From: Antedon mediterranea
Lineage: Eukaryota > Animalia > Echinodermata
Reading direction: 5' to 3'
NCBI RefSeq assembly: GCF_964355755.1
Contig: NC_092679.1
Coordinates: 21,373,432 to 21,437,431 of the forward strand
Length of the DNA: 64,000 bases
A model generated the notes under the pieces. It had not been told where the DNA came from and searched no databases. It was given only the letters and a program-made list of their open reading frames with translations. Positions 62,601 through 64,000 of the stretch are shown piece by piece. Both the position numbers and the translations under genes were made by a program. The stretch's first letter is position 1. Each line of letters opens with the position of its first letter.

Positions 62601-63420
62601 CAACTTCTGGAGACTTTTCCCGGGCGTTCTTTTCGTTTGAAACTTTTGGCTTCAGCGGCGAATATTCAACGGTACGAAAATATTAAAGATTATACTGTTA
62701 AATTATATACCAAGTACCATTTTAATAACATTTGTGTGATGTTTATGAAAAACAATTATTGAAATAGGGTGGATAGACCCGACTCTAATTGAAGCTAGGA
62801 ATATACTTTTTAAAACTTACTATTTAAAATTGGTTTTTCTATAATTGTTTTCATTAAATACAGGTTTTCGTTCATTGTCAATTGTCCATCTGCAATGATA
62901 GTGACTGGAGATGCTCCAGTAACTTCAACCAACGACAACGCCGTGACGTCAATCTACCCAATAAATTGTCTGACAGCATTTCGATCGAACTTGGACCTTT
63001 GGTGCTAAAAAGACCAGATGAAAACTCTGAAATTGTTCTTGATGCTCAAGGTATACAAAATATATATTCTGTCTGATTACTGTTTACCTGATTATGTTAT
63101 CAGACTATCACAGTATAAAATAACTCTATAGACGAGTTTCTAGAGTAAATGTGTATTGTCATTTAGAAAAGCTAGGTATTTGCATATTAATACAATCTTT
63201 ACTGTATCTTTTTTTGTGTTTTGTACAAGGAAATTAAAGCTAATTAAATGTTTGTACTTTTTCAGAGTCAACATCGAAGGGAAAAATTCCCGCTCTTCCA
63301 TCGACTTTGATGGTTCTCAGTTTGGTTGTCTTGGCAATAGGGTGTGTCACCTTTATAACAGGATTAAAGAAGCATAAGTATTCTTACCAGAAACTAGAAA
63401 ACTACATAGAGGAGATGTAA
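41567..63420 (+). CDS. Gene B: type-I membrane DMBT1-like mosaic protein SP-SRCR-(MAM-CUB-MAM)x2-SMB-CUB-MAM-ZP-TM (~1943 aa, 36 exons)
   Basis: Exons: 41567-41627, 41741-41770, 42208-42522, 42900-42947, 43390-43533, 45464-45793, 46649-46699, 47023-47073, 47356-47403, 47924-47968, 48483-48833, 49602-49736, 49954-50325, 50600-50647, 50978-51028, 51252-51299, 51507-51551, 52218-52361, 52526-52858, 53391-53453, 53873-54265, 54965-55090, 55298-55651, 56075-56122, 57364-57438, 58118-58240, 59083-59148, 59428-59778, 59960-60085, 60723-61082, 61215-61283, 61543-61718, 61827-62227, 62563-62671, 62864-63050, 63266-63420; phase consistent, sum 5832 nt. Confidence 0.85.
42208..42522 (+). CDS. Gene B SRCR exon
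   Basis: [25 protein letters not shown]...[11 protein letters not shown]. Confidence 0.95.
43390..45793 (+). CDS. Gene B MAM type A copy 1 (exons 43390-43533, 45464-45793)
   Basis: [16 protein letters not shown]; [21 protein letters not shown]. Confidence 0.88.
43500..44308 (+). repeat. 45-bp tandem repeat x18 spanning the MAM exon end and its splice donor
   Basis: Unit actggacccacaaacggtcattcgggttatgcaa-gtaagt-tatat. Confidence 0.97.
44807..45437. repeat. Imperfect (AAC/AAT)n microsatellite, ~630 bp, intronic
   Basis: Direct reading; lies between the two exons of one MAM domain. Confidence 0.97.
45812..45943. mobile_element. Harbinger-like MITE family 1, full copy
   Basis: TTA TSD, agttctgtct...agacagacct ends. 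Confidence 0.8.
46137..46410 (-). mobile_element. L2-like LINE 3' fragment
   Basis: YGNRSFSSA...[22 protein letters not shown] (one frameshift) followed by tgtaaaacgcattgag...gcgctaatat 3' stem-loop. Confidence 0.75.
48483..50325 (+). CDS. Gene B CUB (48483-48833) plus MAM type B (49602-49736, 49954-50325)
   Basis: CUB and MAM motifs, GT-AG, phase 1. Confidence 0.9.
49040..49389 (+). mobile_element. tRNA-derived Deu-domain SINE
   Basis: A/B boxes, ggataaggactaaaaccg, taaagaaccc...gaaaaagtagggggttaccccggtg, A-rich tail. Confidence 0.8.
50912..51448 (+). repeat. Recent 274-bp tandem duplication containing a micro-exon
   Basis: agtaaaatagttg... at 50912 and 51186, near-identical intron and exon sequence. 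Confidence 0.9.
52218..55651 (+). CDS. Gene B second MAM(A)-CUB-MAM(B) unit
   Basis: Exons 52218-52361, 52526-52858, 53391-53453, 53873-54265, 54965-55090, 55298-55651, homologous to 43390-50325. Confidence 0.88.
53488..53678. mobile_element. PIF/Harbinger MITE, same family as 37692-37882
   Basis: TAA TSD, same TIR; empty site in the internal duplicate near 46725. Confidence 0.88.
54250..54502 (+). repeat. 23-bp tandem repeat x11 spanning the CUB exon end and its splice donor
   Basis: Unit taccctgaatctccag-gtatgtg. Confidence 0.95.
56317..56544. mobile_element. Harbinger-like palindromic MITE with duplicated right end
   Basis: taa-agcgtggtttccactagcgacgcaacgcaa ... aagtgggaaccaagct at both 56495 and 56544, the latter followed by taa. 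Confidence 0.75.
56903..57255. mobile_element. Kolobok-like MITE copy
   Basis: ttaa-agatatattgtcccc ... ggggacaatacatct-ttaa. Confidence 0.85.
58118..58240 (+). CDS. Gene B somatomedin-B exon
   Basis: [33 protein letters not shown]. Confidence 0.9.
59428..61082 (+). CDS. Gene B third CUB (59428-59778) plus MAM type B (59960-60085, 60723-61082)
   Basis: CUB and MAM motifs, GT-AG, phase 1. Confidence 0.9.
61543..63050 (+). CDS. Gene B ZP module exons
   Basis: Same exon sizes as gene A (176/401/109/187 nt); furin site RQRR. Confidence 0.92.
63266..63420 (+). CDS. Gene B terminal exon: TM helix and cytoplasmic tail
   Basis: [51 protein letters not shown]; AATAAA at 63641. Confidence 0.88.
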
Positions 63421-64000
63421 ACGAAGACATGTTGTTTTGCTTTAATTTATGTTTAAATAACAAATTTTAAAAATTATAATAGATATTTGTTTTAGATTTA
63501 TAATTGTCCGTATGTGTTGCTAACAATTTTAGCATCGGAGTCAACTATAACAATAGCTAAAATAAAATTTTCTTTTTAAAACTTTCAAACACGTTCAATT
63601 TCGTCTTACATTGGTGTACTTTAAGTTATGTTATTTAAAGAATAAATAAAACTGATGTTAATTTGATTTTTATTTGTTTCTAGTTCTTTTTTTCTAAAGT
63701 AACGTTTGATTCGGAATCAGCGAATGTGTAACTGCCAGTCATACGATTTGACCCAATTTTTTTTAATCATTTTTTTATGTTTGAGACGCAATCGTTATTG
63801 CTATTAAATACTCTCTCGCTTTAACGTTGTTTCAAGATGTATATTGTAGTAGGTTTGCCGATAGGCGTATTTTATCTACAAGATATAAACTATAGAGGGA
63901 GCTATTTTAGCGCATGACGTGCATCGCATTTTTCCAAGCCAGCTCTCAAACAATAAAACGTGAATGGATACTATTGAAACTCCAAACTTAAGCTAACATT

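Noticed and set aside
63380-63420. ITAM in the gene B tail
   Set aside because: YQKL is followed by YIEE only 2 residues later; spacing and second motif do not fit an ITAM, so it is kept only as a single YxxL motif

Overview
AT-rich, intron-containing animal genomic DNA, probably an invertebrate deuterostome such as an echinoderm (inferred from Deu-domain SINEs and group-A SRCR domains). The left ~18 kb holds the 5' end of a minus-strand beta-spectrin gene: two clear coding exons, plus two candidate alternative N-terminal exons. The right ~44 kb holds two tandem plus-strand paralogues encoding DMBT1-like mosaic proteins, built by hand from GT-AG sites and reading phase. Gene A (20586-37359, 31 exons, ~1514 aa) is SP-SRCR-MAM-CUB-MAM-SMB-CUB-MAM-mucin-ZP and stops before any transmembrane helix. 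Gene B (41567-63420, 36 exons, ~1943 aa) has an extra MAM-CUB-MAM unit and keeps a TM helix with a YQKL tail. The linkers are built from a dispersed family of about 21 symmetric Thr-rich micro-exons. Other notable features are two tandem arrays of splice donors, an intron loss, a P-element-type scar with an apparent splice rescue, many Tc1/mariner-like footprints, MITEs, SINEs and LINE fragments. All gene models lack transcript support and are manual predictions.
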